Shown: piece by piece, positions 1 to 13,409 of the stretch
How positions within the stretch are numbered: the first letter of the stretch is position 1
Layout: every line of letters begins with the position of its first letter
Assembly: GCA_951406725.2 (NCBI GenBank)
Contig: OX597840.1
Coordinates: 30,814,001 to 30,878,000 of the forward strand
DNA length: 64,000 nucleotides
Reading direction: 5' to 3'
Origin: Octopus vulgaris
Lineage: Eukaryota
Translations under genes and position numbers: made by a program
The notes under the pieces: generated by a model
The model's database searches: none
The model's input: the letters and a program-made list of their open reading frames with translations, nothing else
Told to the model about the DNA's origin: nothing

Positions 1-111
1 ATAGATCGATAATGGTTATGTTTAGTGGGGCCGGGGGATGTTTTTATGTAAGTGTTTCGATGTAAGTAATTTGTTTGCATTTCAATTGCTCCTTCTCGTT
101 AACAACAGCAA

Positions 112-866
<755 letters not shown>

Positions 867-1789
867 TGTTGAAATCAATAAACTGATTAGTATCAGTTCT
901 TTTCAGAAAGTGAAATCTTTTTACTGTAAACAATTTGTCTATGTATGAGTGTGTGTGTGTGTGTGTGTGTATGTGTGTTATTTGTTGTTCCTTAAATATT
1001 GTTCGGAACCACATCAAAAAGAAAATCTTTGGAAAGAACAAAAACAACAACAACACACACACAAAAAACAAAGAAAAAAAAAATCCCCAAATGTTTCCTT
1101 AGATTTCGAAGATTATAATTCGGATTGGCATTTCCAGAGAATTTATCTCCACAAAACTTTGATTATGATATCACTTTTATTTTTTTTTATTTCTTATTAG
1201 GTTGTTGTTATATTTTCTTCTTTTTTTTTTCTTTTTATTAAATCTTCAGTCACCCTTACACAATCAAGGAGATCAATATCAGACTATTGATTAAGATGTT
1301 TTGTATTGTGTATTTTTATTATTGATATCTAGAAGGTGCTGGCATAGTTAGGCAGAGGCATGGTTGTGTGGTTAAAATGGTTGGTTGCTAACCACGTGAT
1401 TCCTGGTTCAGTCCCATTGCATGGCATCTTCGACAAGTATTTTCTACCATAGCCCCAGTCCCAAGCCAAACAAATCTTTGTGATAGGACTTGGTAGGCAG
1501 AAACAGAATTAAGGTGGCGAGCTGGCAGAAATGTTAGCATGCCGGGCAAAATGCTTAACGGTATTTCGTCTGCCATTACATTCTGAGTTCAAATTCCGCC
1601 GAGGTCGACTTTGCCTTTTATCCTTTCGGGGTCGATAAATTAAGAACCAGTTACGCACTGGGGTAGATGTAATCGACTTAATCCGTTTGTCTGTCCTTGT
1701 TTGTCTCTTCTGTGTGTAGCAAGCAGAATGGTGACCCCACTAATGTTGGTGCCATGGAAAAAAAAAACACCCAATGCATATGGGAAAAG

Positions 1790-2550
1790 GTTCTCATTGA
1801 AGATGAAAGGAAAGGTCTATAGGAGTTGTGTGCGAGCTGCAATGCTGTATGGGGATGAGACATAGTGTTTGAGGGAGAGAGAGATGGCAATTTTGAGAAG
1901 GACTGAGAGAGAGCAATGGTGAAAGAAATGTGTGGCATGAGGCTGTTTGATAAGAGGAGGACTGAGGACTTGATGGGGATGCTGGGACTGGAGGAATCGG
2001 TGGAGCAGCTGGTAAGGGTGAATGAAGTGCAGTGGTATGGGCATGTGACCTGGCAGAAACGTTAGCACGCCAGGCGAAATGCGTAACCGTATTTCGTCAG
2101 CCTTTACGTTCTGGGTTCAAACTCCGCCGAGGTCGACTTTGCCTTTCATCCTTTCGGGGTCGATAAATAAAGTATCAGTTATGCACTGGGGTCGATATAA
2201 TCTACTTAATCCATTTGTCTGTCCTTGTTTGTCCCCTCTGTGTTTAGCCCCTTGTGGGCAGTAAAGAAATAGGTATGGGCATGTGTTGAGGAGGGATGAG
2301 GAACATGTTCTGAAGAGGGTGCTACAGTTTGAGATAAATGGGCAGTGAAAGCGAGGTAGATTGAGAAAGATGTGGAGGGGCAGGTGGAGGAGGAGAATGG
2401 GAGGGTTGGTTTGAAAAGGGAGGACGCCCAAAACCGGGGAAGATGGTGTGAGGGCAGTTGCTATGGCATTGATGTAGATCCGGTTACCCCCATTTACGGG
2501 GCCAAAACCGGATTTAAAATGATGGATGATGATGATGATGATGATGATGA
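1790..2550 (+). mobile_element. RTE-clade LINE 3' fragment, degenerate, interrupted by a SINE
   Basis: Translates as KGKVYRSCVRAAMLYGDET*CL..RRTERAM..QWYGHV|LRRDEEHVL..KRGRLRKMW, the RTE RT C-terminus. Has in-frame stops and a (GAT)n tail. Confidence 0.85.
2048..2271 (+). mobile_element. tRNA-derived SINE, family A, with target-site duplication
   Basis: A box-like TGGCAGAAACGTTAG and B box GGTTCAAACTCC. Central GCCTTTCATCCTTTCGGGGTCGATAAA resembles the MetaSINE domain (from memory). TSD GGTATGGGCATGTG on both sides. Other copies: ~1509, 2772, 11250(-), 19621, 30202, 33618, 42257, 52000(-), 54715, 55575(-), 58660, 59061, 61498. Confidence 0.9.
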
Positions 2551-3093
2551 CATGCTGTAAAGGGGTTGGCGCTAGGAAGGGCATCTGACAGTAGAAATCA
2601 AGCCAAACAAGACGTGGGAGTATGTTATAAACATCAGACCCTTCAAATCCTGTCAAACTGTCCAACCCCTTGCCAGCAAGGAACATGGGCATTGAATGAT
2701 TATGATGATGGTAACAGTGGTGGTGGAGCTGGGGCTGAAGATGGTGCTGGTAGTGGTAGTGGTGGTGATGGTGGAGGCGGGTGAAATGTGCAGCCGTATT
2801 TCGTCTGTCGTTATGTTGTGAGTTCAAATTCCGCCGAGGTCGACTTTGCCTTTCATCCTTTCAGGGTCGATAATATAAAGTACCAGTTACGCACTGGGGT
2901 CGATGTAATAGACTTAATACCTATGTCTGTCCTTGTTTGTCCCTTCTATGTTTAGCCCCTTGTGGGTAATAAAGAAATAGGTAATGATGACAACAATAAT
3001 GAAGCTGGTGATGATGATGATGTTGATGATGATGGTAATGATGATGATGATAATGATATTTTCATGGTTTTTATTTCTTTTTTTTCCTTTCAG

Positions 3094-3288
3094 ATTCCGT
3101 AAAGTCCCTGTCATCTCCAAACACAACCGCAGCATCAACATCAACATCAGGATCTGGAAATTTTATGACATCCAATTTATCAGCTGTTATTTCTAGCCTG
3201 TCCCCACACTCAGTCTACAATGTATCGATCGCTGCTTCGACTGGCACCAGCGGACTCGGCACCCCTACAATCCTCAGCATAAACACAG
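3094..3288 (+). CDS. Exon a (phase 1-1) of FN3 single-pass receptor; FN3 C-terminal strands
   Basis: Polypyrimidine tract + cag acceptor, G|gtaagg donor, 195 nt open. SVKSLSSPNTTAAST..NLSAVISSLSPHSVYNVSIAASTGTSGLGTPTILSINT matches the FN3 pattern I-x-x-L-x-P-x-x-x-Y-x-V-x-I-x-A-x-T-x-x-x-G-x-G. Upstream exons were not found in the window. Confidence 0.85.
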
Positions 3289-3407
3289 GTAAGGGTGAAC
3301 ATTTCTTATAAACACTCGTTATGAAGGAAACGAGTATGAAAAACGGACAACAGGGGAAGCGGAAAAGTTTTAGCAAATGTTGTATTATAAAATAATAATA
3401 ATAATGA

Positions 3408-3960
3408 AATTATTGTATACAGTGCTCAGGTGCACCACAACTTGTCAGAAAGTGCATATAAAGTACATGCAGTAATGTACAAATGTCTGGGAAGTGAACA
3501 TGCTTGTGTGTGTATGGAGGGGAGAAAATCAGGAAGCATGAAAGCATGGAAGTTTTGAAGGATGCAGTGCTCCGACAACTAACAACTGATGCCGGCAGTT
3601 TGTTCCATGCTTCAGCATGTGTATGGAGGGGGAGAAGATCAGGTGTAGTGTTGGCGAATCTCAGGAAGCATGGAAGTTTTGAAGGATGCAGTGCTCCGAC
3701 AACTAACAACTGATGCCGGCAGTTTGTTCCATGCTTCAGCGTGTGTATGGAGGGGGAGAAGATCAGGTGTAGTGTTGGCGAATCTCAGGAAGCATGGAAG
3801 TTTTGAAGGATGCAGTGCTCCGACAACTAACAACTGATGCTGGTAGTTTGTTCCATGCTTCAGCAACTCTTAGCGTGAAAAATGTTTCCTGAAGTCATGG
3901 GAGCTGTGCTGTTTTATGACTTTGTAAATATGTCCACGGGTGTTAGATGGGTGGAGGATT
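3408..3960 (-). mobile_element. CR1-like LINE 3' end with internal ~120-bp triplication
   Basis: Minus strand reads AEAWNKLPASVVSCRSTASFKTSML (CR1-type 'WNxLP' terminus) three times. Confidence 0.7.
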
Positions 3961-4040
3961 CCTCGGAGAAGAACTTTCTAGGTGCAATCCCATGGTCATT
4001 CATAACCAAAGGGGTTCCTTATATCTGTCTGTCTCCCCAC

Positions 4041-4103
<63 letters not shown>

Positions 4104-4965
4104 CACATGTATGTATGTATGTATGTATGTATATAAATATATGTATATGTATGTACACTATATAAAGCACTTAGCCTAGTGGTGAGGGTGCTACACTCAT
4201 GATCTTAAGCCTGTGGGTTCGATTCATGAAATGGGCAGCATGATTTGTTCTTGAGCAAACCATTTCAGGTAACCCTGTGATGATAAACCTTTACAAACCA
4301 TCAAATGATGTCTTCTCGAGGGGACACGCACATGTACATAAGGTGTGAAAGCCTGGCAGAAGCCATCCCCCCTCCAGGCTACTCTCATTTCTACAGCCAA
4401 GTGAACTGAGCAACATAAATTGAAGTGCTTTGCTCAAGAACACAACAGATCACCCAGTCCAGGAATCGAAACTGCAATCTTGTGATTGTGAATCCAGCAC
4501 CCTAACCACTAAGCCACATGTCTTAACTAGGCAGAGCTATAGAACCACTTTGGTTCTATAGTTCTGCTCAATCAGGGTTGAGTCAAGGCTAATTTAACAC
4601 CACCACCACCAGCAACCACAGCAACAACAATGAGTATTGTGGAAGTATTTGATGTGGTAACTGGCACCACCAGTTTGTTAAGTACTTTGGGATTGGCCAA
4701 CGGTGGAAAGAATTCATATTAGTGTACTATTTTCTTTCTTCCAGTGTTTGTCTGAAAGAAAGAATGCAAATAAGTTGCACCACTAATGGTCGATGGGTGA
4801 GTAATGGCTTGGAACAATCGCTTCGACAAAGGCCAGAGCAATCAGGCTACGCTAAACAGAAGACAATCACTGTTAATTACTAAATGGTAAGGATTGTGAT
4901 AATTATCACGATGATGATGATGATGATGATATCATTATCATAACAACAGCAATTTTGTCTGGGCA

Positions 4966-5171
4966 CGTGCTGAAAAGTTCCTGGCTTTGGTTAAAAGAAA
5001 ATACAGGAGAATCAGTTAATTATGGTTTTCTTCAACATATTCCCCTCTCAAATTCACACACTTATTGCAATGGTCCTTCATTTTTTCTAAGCCCTGTAAA
5101 AGAACTCAGAAGGTTTGGCCTCTAACCAAGCCTTTCACGATACCCTTAAAACCAGGAACTTTTTGCACCCT
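4966..5171. mobile_element. Mariner-type MITE (~200 bp)
   Basis: TIRs GTGCTGAAAAGTTCCTGG / CCAGGAACTTTTTGCAC. Related copies at ~5358, 18485-18690, 21288-21495 and 27510-27680(-). Confidence 0.8.
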
Positions 5172-5235
5172 TAATGTATGTATGTATGTATGTATGTATG
5201 TATGTATGTGTGTATGTGTGTGTGTGAGTGTGTGA

Positions 5236-5289
<54 letters not shown>

Positions 5290-5498
5290 ATGTATGTATT
5301 TGTATGTATGTATGTATGTATGTTATGTATGTATGTATACACATACACATACACATGAGGAGTTGCTAAAAAGTTTCTAGCTTTGGGTAAAAGAAAACAG
5401 AAGGATCAGTTTATTATGATTTTATTCAACATATTCCTCTCTCAGATTCACACACATATTGCAGTGGTCCTTCAGTTTTTCTAAGCCCTGTAAAAGAA

Positions 5499-5537
<39 letters not shown>

Positions 5538-5619
5538 ATATATGTGTGTGTGACCGCGTGTGTACCGTTGGCGATTTTTATTTTTCCTCTTCCATTCTCT
5601 GGATCTTTCCTTTTCCTAT

Positions 5620-5654
5620 GTTTCTGATGAAGAGCTCCGCTTGAAACGTTAAAC
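5620..5654 (+). ncRNA. Minimal type-I hammerhead ribozyme motif in a probable Penelope-like element end (~5550-5755)
   Basis: GTTT-CTGATGA-A-GAGC-TCC-GCTT-GAAAC-GTT-AAAC: intact core, stem I GTTT/AAAC, palindromic stem III AACGTT. Confidence 0.7.
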
Positions 5655-5751
5655 CCTCCTTCTTTCCTTCCTTCCTGAGCGTCCAGTTATACTATATTTG
5701 TTCCACGTCCTCGCGTTGTTGTGTTTTCTCTTTGTGTTTTCATGTTTGGAT

Positions 5752-5805
<54 letters not shown>

Positions 5806-6644
5806 AAGCCTCCACACACTTAATGTCTACCAAATTCACTCACAAAGCATTGGTCAGTCTGGGGCAATAGTGGGATTCACATCCTCAAACTAAACCCTAA
5901 AACCATGAGGTCATTTTCCCATTCTAGAAAAAGCTGTCAAATTTCCATCAAATTACACATTACCATCTCTTCAAGAATGATGTATTTGGATGATGATTCA
6001 TTCTTATATTCTTGGTATATGGGAAGAAAGATGTCACGGCCCCACCTGAAATGTATTGGATCATAGATCAGTCTGACCATGGGCTATAAAATACCTACTG
6101 CTACAAGCTAGTGAGTGTCTTTAAGTGGTCACTTGTTCTCTACTTGAAATGTAGCTGATGAAAACTTTGTATGTGTGTGTGTGTGTGTGTGTGTGCATGT
6201 GCTATGGTATGGGCACATGGCTCTGGTTAGGGCATCAGGCTCACAATCATGAGGTTGTGAGTTCAATTCCCGGACCGGGTTGTGTTTTGTGTTCTTAAGC
6301 AAGACACTTTATTTCATGTTGCTCCAGTTCACTCAGCTGTAGAAATGAGTCGCGACATCACAGGTGCCAAGCCTTTTCCTCGGATAAAATCAGTGCAGCG
6401 AGGAGGTTGGTATGCATGGGCGATTGCTGGTCTTCCATAAAACATCCTTGCTCTGATTTTGTGCCTCAGAGGGGAACTGTCTAGGTGCGATCCCATGATC
6501 ATTCATAGTCAAAGGGGGCCTTTCCCCTTTATGTGTGCTATATATATATATATAATGTATGTGTGTGTGTGTGTGGATATCTCACACACACATATATGTA
6601 TGTTTATGTATGTATCTTCTGCTTGTTTCAGTCATTTGTTCTTG

Positions 6645-7020
6645 TGACTGCGTTCATCCAGGGCAGGTTGAGCCGGCTTCTTCTCTGGTCCTAACAGCAT
6701 CATGAACCATGGCGGCCCACGCTCAATGGTCCTGTGCGAGGTCACTGGAGATAGCAAGCCATTCGCGGTTCCATCTGTGCAGACCGACCACCTGCGGACC
6801 TGAGAGTTCAGAGAGGTCTTCCTTTATTGTCGTTGCCCAGGTCTTCAGCTGCCCGCCCATGCATTTGCGCCAGCTGGGAAGTTGAGGTGGGAGGAGGACT
6901 ACGCGAATCAGCTCACCCTTTGGACGCCGGGCCGCATGACCGAACCATCTTAAGCGCCATTGTAGAAGCACTGAAGGGAGGGGCCGGAGATTCAGGTGTT
7001 GACGAAGACCGGCTGTAGGA
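6645..7020 (-). mobile_element. RTE-clade LINE 3' fragment
   Basis: RLRWFGHAARRPKGELIR..GGQLKTWATTIKEDL on the minus strand. Confidence 0.85.
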
Positions 7021-7532
7021 ATCTGATCAATGCGTAGGAATCTGATCAAAGGCACTCCCTTGAAGGGTTTTAGTTGACTAATTTTTTTTAAGCCTGATCT
7101 ATCAGTCTGTTTTGGCAAGGTATTTTTCTTTCAGCTGGCTGCCCATCCTAATACCAGCTACCTTAAAGAGTGGACTGAGTGCTTTTTATGTGGCACCAGC
7201 TCTGGCAAGGGCCCATTTTGCCCTTTTCTTTTTTACAGTTGGTTGCCCTTCCTAACATCAGCTACCTTAAAGAGTGGACTGAGTGCTTTTTATGTGACAC
7301 CAGTTCTGGCAAGGGCCCATTTTGGCCCCTTATTTTTTTTACAGCTGGATGCTATTTCCAGCCATCAAACACTCTACGGTGTGGACCGGATGCACCAGCC
7401 GTGGTAGGGTCACCGAGTGACTTTGCGAGACAAAAATCTTTCGAGATGGGGGTGAGGAATTTTGAGGTGGTGGTGGCCTTGTGCCAGGTGAGGACAATCA
7501 TAATGATGCTAATTCTAATTATCTGCTTTCAG

Positions 7533-7868
7533 GAACGGCTCTGAGTAATGAAAGCCACCACAGTTTGTCAAGCAGCATTAGCAGCAGGAGTGGGAGCAGC
7601 AGCAGCAACACTAAATCTTCCATAACCGTTAGTATCACATCAAAGAGTACCCTCAGCCACACAACGGAGGGAAACAAAGTGACCATGAAGAGCAGTAGCA
7701 GTCCGAGCGACACCCAGGCGCACACCAATGCCAACACCTCTCTCCAAGACTTACCTGTAATCGTCGCAGGTAGTCTCACTGCTGGACTTGTTCTCATCTT
7801 CTTGCTTGGTGTTCTCATCTATCATTGTCTCAAGAATAAAAAACGAAGACAAAAGGAACAGAATTACA
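7533..7868 (+). CDS. Exon b (phase 1-1): S/T-rich stalk, TM helix, basic stop-transfer
   Basis: ttcag acceptor, A|gtaaga donor, 336 nt in frame with exon a. TM LPVIVAGSLTAGLVLIFLLGVLIYHCL is followed by KNKKRRQK. Confidence 0.9.
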
Positions 7869-8300
7869 GTAAGACTCCTTATTTTTATCCTATTTCTTTC
7901 TTTCTTTTTCCTTATCTTTTGCTCTTTCTCTCATTAGATTGCATCGATTGTGCAGGGTTTCACTTCCTTCAAGAATTTCAGCTGCACTTATCAATCCAGT
8001 ACTCATTATTGTTATTAAATAAACATAGACGCACATAGAGATATAAGCATGCGCAAATGAAGACATACAATAGAAATACAAAATGGCTGACGGTTAGTAA
8101 GGAGAGACACACAAATAAGTAAGAAGAAAGCAGAGGACCACTGATGCGGTCACAGGAGTGTGACGAAAGAACTCTGGCCGAAATAAGATTAAGATTAATG
8201 TAAAAAATAAATAACACTGAAGCAAAGTAACACCAAATATGTAGTGCGTGTGTTTTTATTGGCTAAACTGGCAAAATGACCATTCCGAAATACAACAATA

Positions 8301-8341
<41 letters not shown>

Positions 8342-8794
8342 CATTATTATTATTATTATTTAAAGCAGCAGAAAATTCAACAAAACCTGTTACTCTGAGT
8401 TTCCCATTGCCGTTCATTGGACAGTTTTTGCTGGTATGCATGGGCGACTGCTGGTCTTCTATAAAAACAACCCTAGATTGTGCGTTCACCTGTGAGCGAC
8501 TTTCTGCCCAGATTTGTACTCCAGAGAGGAACCTATTAAGTGTACCCATGGTTATTTGTGACTGACGGTGTTGAGTTTTTATGTATTTGTATACACATAT
8601 ATGCATGACAGGTTTCTTTCACTTTTCAACTACCAAATCTATGCATAAGGCTTTAGTCAGCCCGAGGATATAGTAAAAGATATTTGCCCAAGGTGCCTCA
8701 TAGTGAGACTGAACCTGTAACCATGTGGTTTGGAAGCAAACTTTTTACCACTTTGCTATGTACCTTACACATGATTATATATATATATATTTAC

Positions 8795-9194
8795 TCATTT
8801 ACTCACTTACTTGTTTCAGTCATTTGACTGTGGCCATGCTGGAGCACCGCCTTTAGTCGAGGAAATCAACCCCAGGACTTATTCTTTGTAAGCCTAGTAC
8901 TTATTCTATCAGTCTCTTTTGACGAACCTCTAGATGACGGGGACGTAAACACACCAGCATCAGTTGTCAAGTGATGTTGGTGGGGACAAACACAACACAC
9001 AAACATACATATATATATATATACATATATACAACGGGCTTCTTTCAGTTTCCGTCTACCAAATCCACTCACAAGGCTTTGGTCAGCCCACGGCTATAGC
9101 AGAAGACACTTACCCAAGGTCCCACGCAGTGGGACTGAATCCGGAACCATGTGGTTCGTAAGCAAGCTACTTACCACACAGCCACTCCTACGCC

Positions 9195-9196
<2 letters not shown>
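8795..9196 (-). mobile_element. tRNA-derived SINE, family B (~420 bp, CORE-like CCTTGGGCAAGT, internal TA/TG microsatellite)
   Basis: Near-identical copies at ~19465, 23105, 25934, 29761, 37370, 37977, 39251, 43455(-), 43645(-), 45660, 46390(-), 49433, 53022 and 56978. Head GGCGCAGGAGTGGCTGTGTGGTAAG..GGTTCAGTCCC, tail (GTAAAAGA)n. Confidence 0.9.
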
Positions 9197-9226
<30 letters not shown>

Positions 9227-9409
9227 TATAGGGAGAGTTTACAAAAAAAAACAAAAGACAAAGACAGGTGGTGTACAAAATAAACAGATGTATTAGTATA
9301 AAGCTCAGGAATAGAAAAAGTCTTTTATGTTTTGAGCCTATGCTCTTCTACAGAAAGGGACTTAGAAAAAACAAGGAGAGAAAAAAATGTGTTTAGTGGC
9401 TACCGATCT

Positions 9410-9451
<42 letters not shown>

Positions 9452-10346
9452 ATCATCATCATCATCCACTTTTCAACATCCATCTTTCATGCAGTTATGG
9501 ATTGGACAATTTAACAGGATCTGATGGCTCCAAGTTCTGCATTGTATCCAGTGAGGTCTGCTCTAGCATGGTTTCTATAGTTGGATGCCCTTCCTAATGC
9601 CAACCACTTTACAGTATGCACTGGGAGCTTGGTCAAAGAAGGGAAAGGGCAGAACCCTAACCTGATCAAAGTGATTTCTAAAGAGTAAACTTTGCTAAAG
9701 GCATCCAAGGACCAGATGGTGGGAGTTAAACTAAAGAATGGTTTATTAAATTGGCGACCCAAGAATTTGAAATGGAAGAAAAAAAGCAAGGACAAATACC
9801 ATAAGGTATATATATATATATATATATGTGGAGGCACAATAGCCCAGTGGTTAGGGCAGCGGACTTGTGGTCGTAGGATCGTGGTTTCGATTCCCAGACC
9901 GGGCGTTGTGAGTGTTTATTGAGCGAAAAAGACCTAAAGCCCCATGAGGCTCTACTAATTCTGTCAATTTGCCATTCTGGATTTAGACTTCATTTATTGA
10001 CCCCCCCCGAAACCCACCCTAGAAAAAAAAAGTGAAAAATGCAGAGTTGACCTTGAACCCTCTGCCAGTTTGTTACCAATTTGCTTTGAGAGATGTAAGG
10101 GGAATTCCAATGTTGTAAGGGGCGGCGAGTGGAGCTGACATTAGGAAAGCGATCTGGCGGTAAAAGACGTTGACTCAAATGGTTTTTCCCCAACAAATGC
10201 TCGCTTGGAAAAAGTGGGACACAACAACAACAATAACAACCACAGTGGCCACGACATTAGCAAGAACAACTGACGTAGGCATCGTACTAAGCTTTTAATC
10301 TTAGAAATAAGCAGCTGTATTTGTTTATAATCCTGTCGCTTCTTCC

Positions 10347-10347
<1 letters not shown>

Positions 10348-10384
<37 letters not shown>

Positions 10385-10986
10385 CATATAGACACATATA
10401 CACATACACACACACATACATACATACACATATATATAAATGCATGCACACACACACACACACACACATGCATATAGACACATGCACACATACATACATA
10501 TATAAACACACACACACACACACATACATACACATATAAACACTTGCACACACACACCCACACACATACACACACACACATGCATATAGACACATGCACA
10601 CATACATACATATATAAACACACACACACACACACATACATACATACATATATAAACATGCACACACACACCCACACACATACACACACACACATGCATA
10701 TAGACACATGCACACATACATACATATATAAACATACACACACATATACATACATACACATATATATATAAACGCATGCACACATACATTCACACAGACA
10801 TTTACACACACATGTACACATGCATATAGACACTTGCACACATACATACATACATATATAAACACACACACATTCACACAGACATATACACACACACACT
10901 CCCTCTCCCCCTCTTTCTCTTTCACACATCACACGTATCAAACAACCACACACCACACAAAAATACACACACACACACACACACAC
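10348..10986. repeat. Compound CA/TA microsatellite with recurring CATGCATATAGACACATGCAC unit
   Basis: Seen directly. Source of the many C/V/Y/M and H/T/Y ORFs. Confidence 0.9.
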
Positions 10987-11247
10987 CCTTCTAAGCAATG
11001 TTCCACATTTTAACATCCTATTTACCATGCTTCATGAGGGTCAGCATTTTGGGATTAGCCTTCACCATTTCACCCCCTGTCTTCCTGGGTGTGTCTCTCC
11101 CACACATACCACGGGCTTCTCTCAGTTTCTGTCCACCAAATCCACAAACAAGGCTTTGGTCAGCCCAGAGCCATAGTAGAAGACACTGGCTCAAGGTGCA
11201 ATGAAGAGGGACTGAACCTAGAACCATGTGGTTTTGAAGCAACCTTC

Positions 11248-11610
11248 TTTCTTTACTGCCCACAAGGGGCTAAACACAGAGGGGACAAACAAGGACAGAC
11301 AAAGGGATTAAGCCAATTATATCGACCCCAGTGTGTAACTGGTACTTGTTTAATTAACCCCGAAAGGATGAAAGGCAAAGTCGACCTTGGCGCAATTTGA
11401 ACTCAGAACGTAACGGCAGACGAAATACCTATTTCTTTACTACCTACAAGGTGCTAACATAGAGAGGACAAACAAGGACAGACAAACGGATTAAGTCAAT
11501 TAGATCGACCCCAGTGCGTAACTGGTACTTAATTTAGTGACCCCGAAAGGATGAAAGGCAGAGTCGACCTCGGCGGAATTTGAACTCAGAACGTAGCTGC
11601 GGACGAAATA
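11248..11610 (-). mobile_element. Family A SINE dimer
   Basis: Two head-to-tail units joined at AAAGAAATAG|GTATTTCGTC (minus strand). Confidence 0.85.
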
Positions 11611-13004
11611 TCAGCAAGCCTTGTGAGTGGATTTGGTAGATGGAAACTGAAAGAAGCCTGTCGTATATATGTATGTACATGTGTATGTTAGTATATGCTT
11701 GTGTGTCTGCGTTTGTCCCCCCAACATCGCTTGACAACCGATGCTGGTGTGTTCACGTCCCCGTAGCTTAGCGGTTCAGCAAAAGAGACAGATAGAATAA
11801 GTACTAGGCTTACAAAGAATAAGTCCTGGGGTCAATTTAGTCGATTAAAAGGTGGTGCTCCAGCATGGCCGCAGTCAAATAACTGAAACAAGTAAAAGAA
11901 TAAAAGAGTATATATAAATATTTATACACACATATATACATACATGCATACACATATACACCCACCTGAAGAACAATAATTCCATGAGGTTATGTATTAA
12001 AATAGAACTGATAAGCTGGTTAACAACAGTGGACTGTTGGTTTGTGTGAGATCAGAGATAAAATCACTTTGTAACCATATTGGGGTGGTGGAGGGCATTG
12101 AGAGGAGGTTGAGGAGGGGTAGGGAGAGAGGAGGAGTAAGAGATCGGGTGAGGAGAGGGAGGGAGTGAGATACAAGATTGCTATGGCTGAAGAGGAATCA
12201 TTTGTTTTACATTGTCATTGTTGTTGATCAAAGACTTTCCAACCATGACAATTACACCTTTGCTTCTTCAGACAAGCTGTCTAATAAAATAAATAAATGT
12301 GCCCTTTTAAAGCCTAGCCAGGCTCATGGGCCCGGTTTCCCGGTTTCTCTGGCGTATGTGTTCCCCAGCTCAACAGGACACCAGTCCATCACAGCGTTAC
12401 TCATTTTTGCCAGATGAGTGGACTGGAGCAATGTGAAATGAAGTGTTTTGCTCAAGAACACAACACGTCACCCGGTCCAGGAATTGAAACCACAATCTTA
12501 CGATCATGGTGCTAGTGCTACCTTATCTAATCCTTAGCATTCAGCTTACTTTGCCAAATATAATGCGTATTTATTCACATTGATTTGAATTAATTATCAA
12601 TTATCATGTAGCTATTAGGTTTTGGTAAGGTAACTTAATTTCTCAGAATGGTATTGTAGGGTTGGTGTGATAGACCAGATCTGGTCCGTTTGAATATAAG
12701 ACAGATAGAATATTTAGGCTGGATATGGCTGGTTTAACCCCTTAGCATTGAGATTATTTTGTCAAATGTAAAACTTATTTATTCGCATTTGAAGAACTAC
12801 CTCAAAAACCTGAACCTTTCAGACGCTACACCTCCATTTACACAATTTTCTTTCAAATACTTATAAACCAAGTTTTATATTTAGACTTATTATTTTATGA
12901 ATATTATTATTCACAAAAAATACTTGGCAATGAACCAGTAATCCATTGAATATGGTTATCCTTTAATGAGGTTATTTTAACCTCTAACTGTATATATATA
13001 TATA

Positions 13005-13402
13005 CTAGCAGTATCGCCCGGCGTTGCTCGGGTTTGTAAGGGAAATAACTATATAAGCATATTTAAAGAGTTATAGCCAAAAAATAGCAAAAAAAATGCA
13101 TTAAAAATTGAAAAAAAATTATGGTAAATTTTTTTTTAAATCACTGACTGATCGTAGACATTTTTAGAGAGTTATTTCCCTTATGTAATAGCGAAAAAAT
13201 GCATTAAAATGGAAAAAAATTATGGTAAATTTTTTTTAAATCGTAGACTCATCGTAGACGCGCACTAATACCCAGAAGGGCTCGATATGAATCACGACTA
13301 TAAGATACCCGGTTTTGGTTACACTGCACCGCAAAATGTGGGAGTATTTAGGAATCTAAATCGTAGGAGACAGACACACAACTTCACTTTTATATATAAA
13401 GA
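13005..13402 (-). mobile_element. Non-autonomous Helitron
   Basis: Minus strand: A|TCTTTATATATAAAAG...CCCGAGCAACGCCGGG hairpin...CTAG|T, no TSD. Canonical Helitron ends. Confidence 0.85.
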
Positions 13403-13409
13403 TATACAT

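Noticed and set aside
4746-4883. Sushi-like peptide ISCTTNGRW in another frame
   Set aside because: Too short and out of phase with the flanking exons.
10145-10273. Protein-like frame ESDLAVKDVDSNGFSPTNARLEK..* after a TTAG
   Set aside because: No polypyrimidine tract, and phase 0 does not fit the phase-1 end of the TM exon.
10141-11028. 295-aa Cys/Val-rich ORF and similar ORFs at 32-36 kb and 44.3 kb
   Set aside because: CA/TA microsatellite translations.
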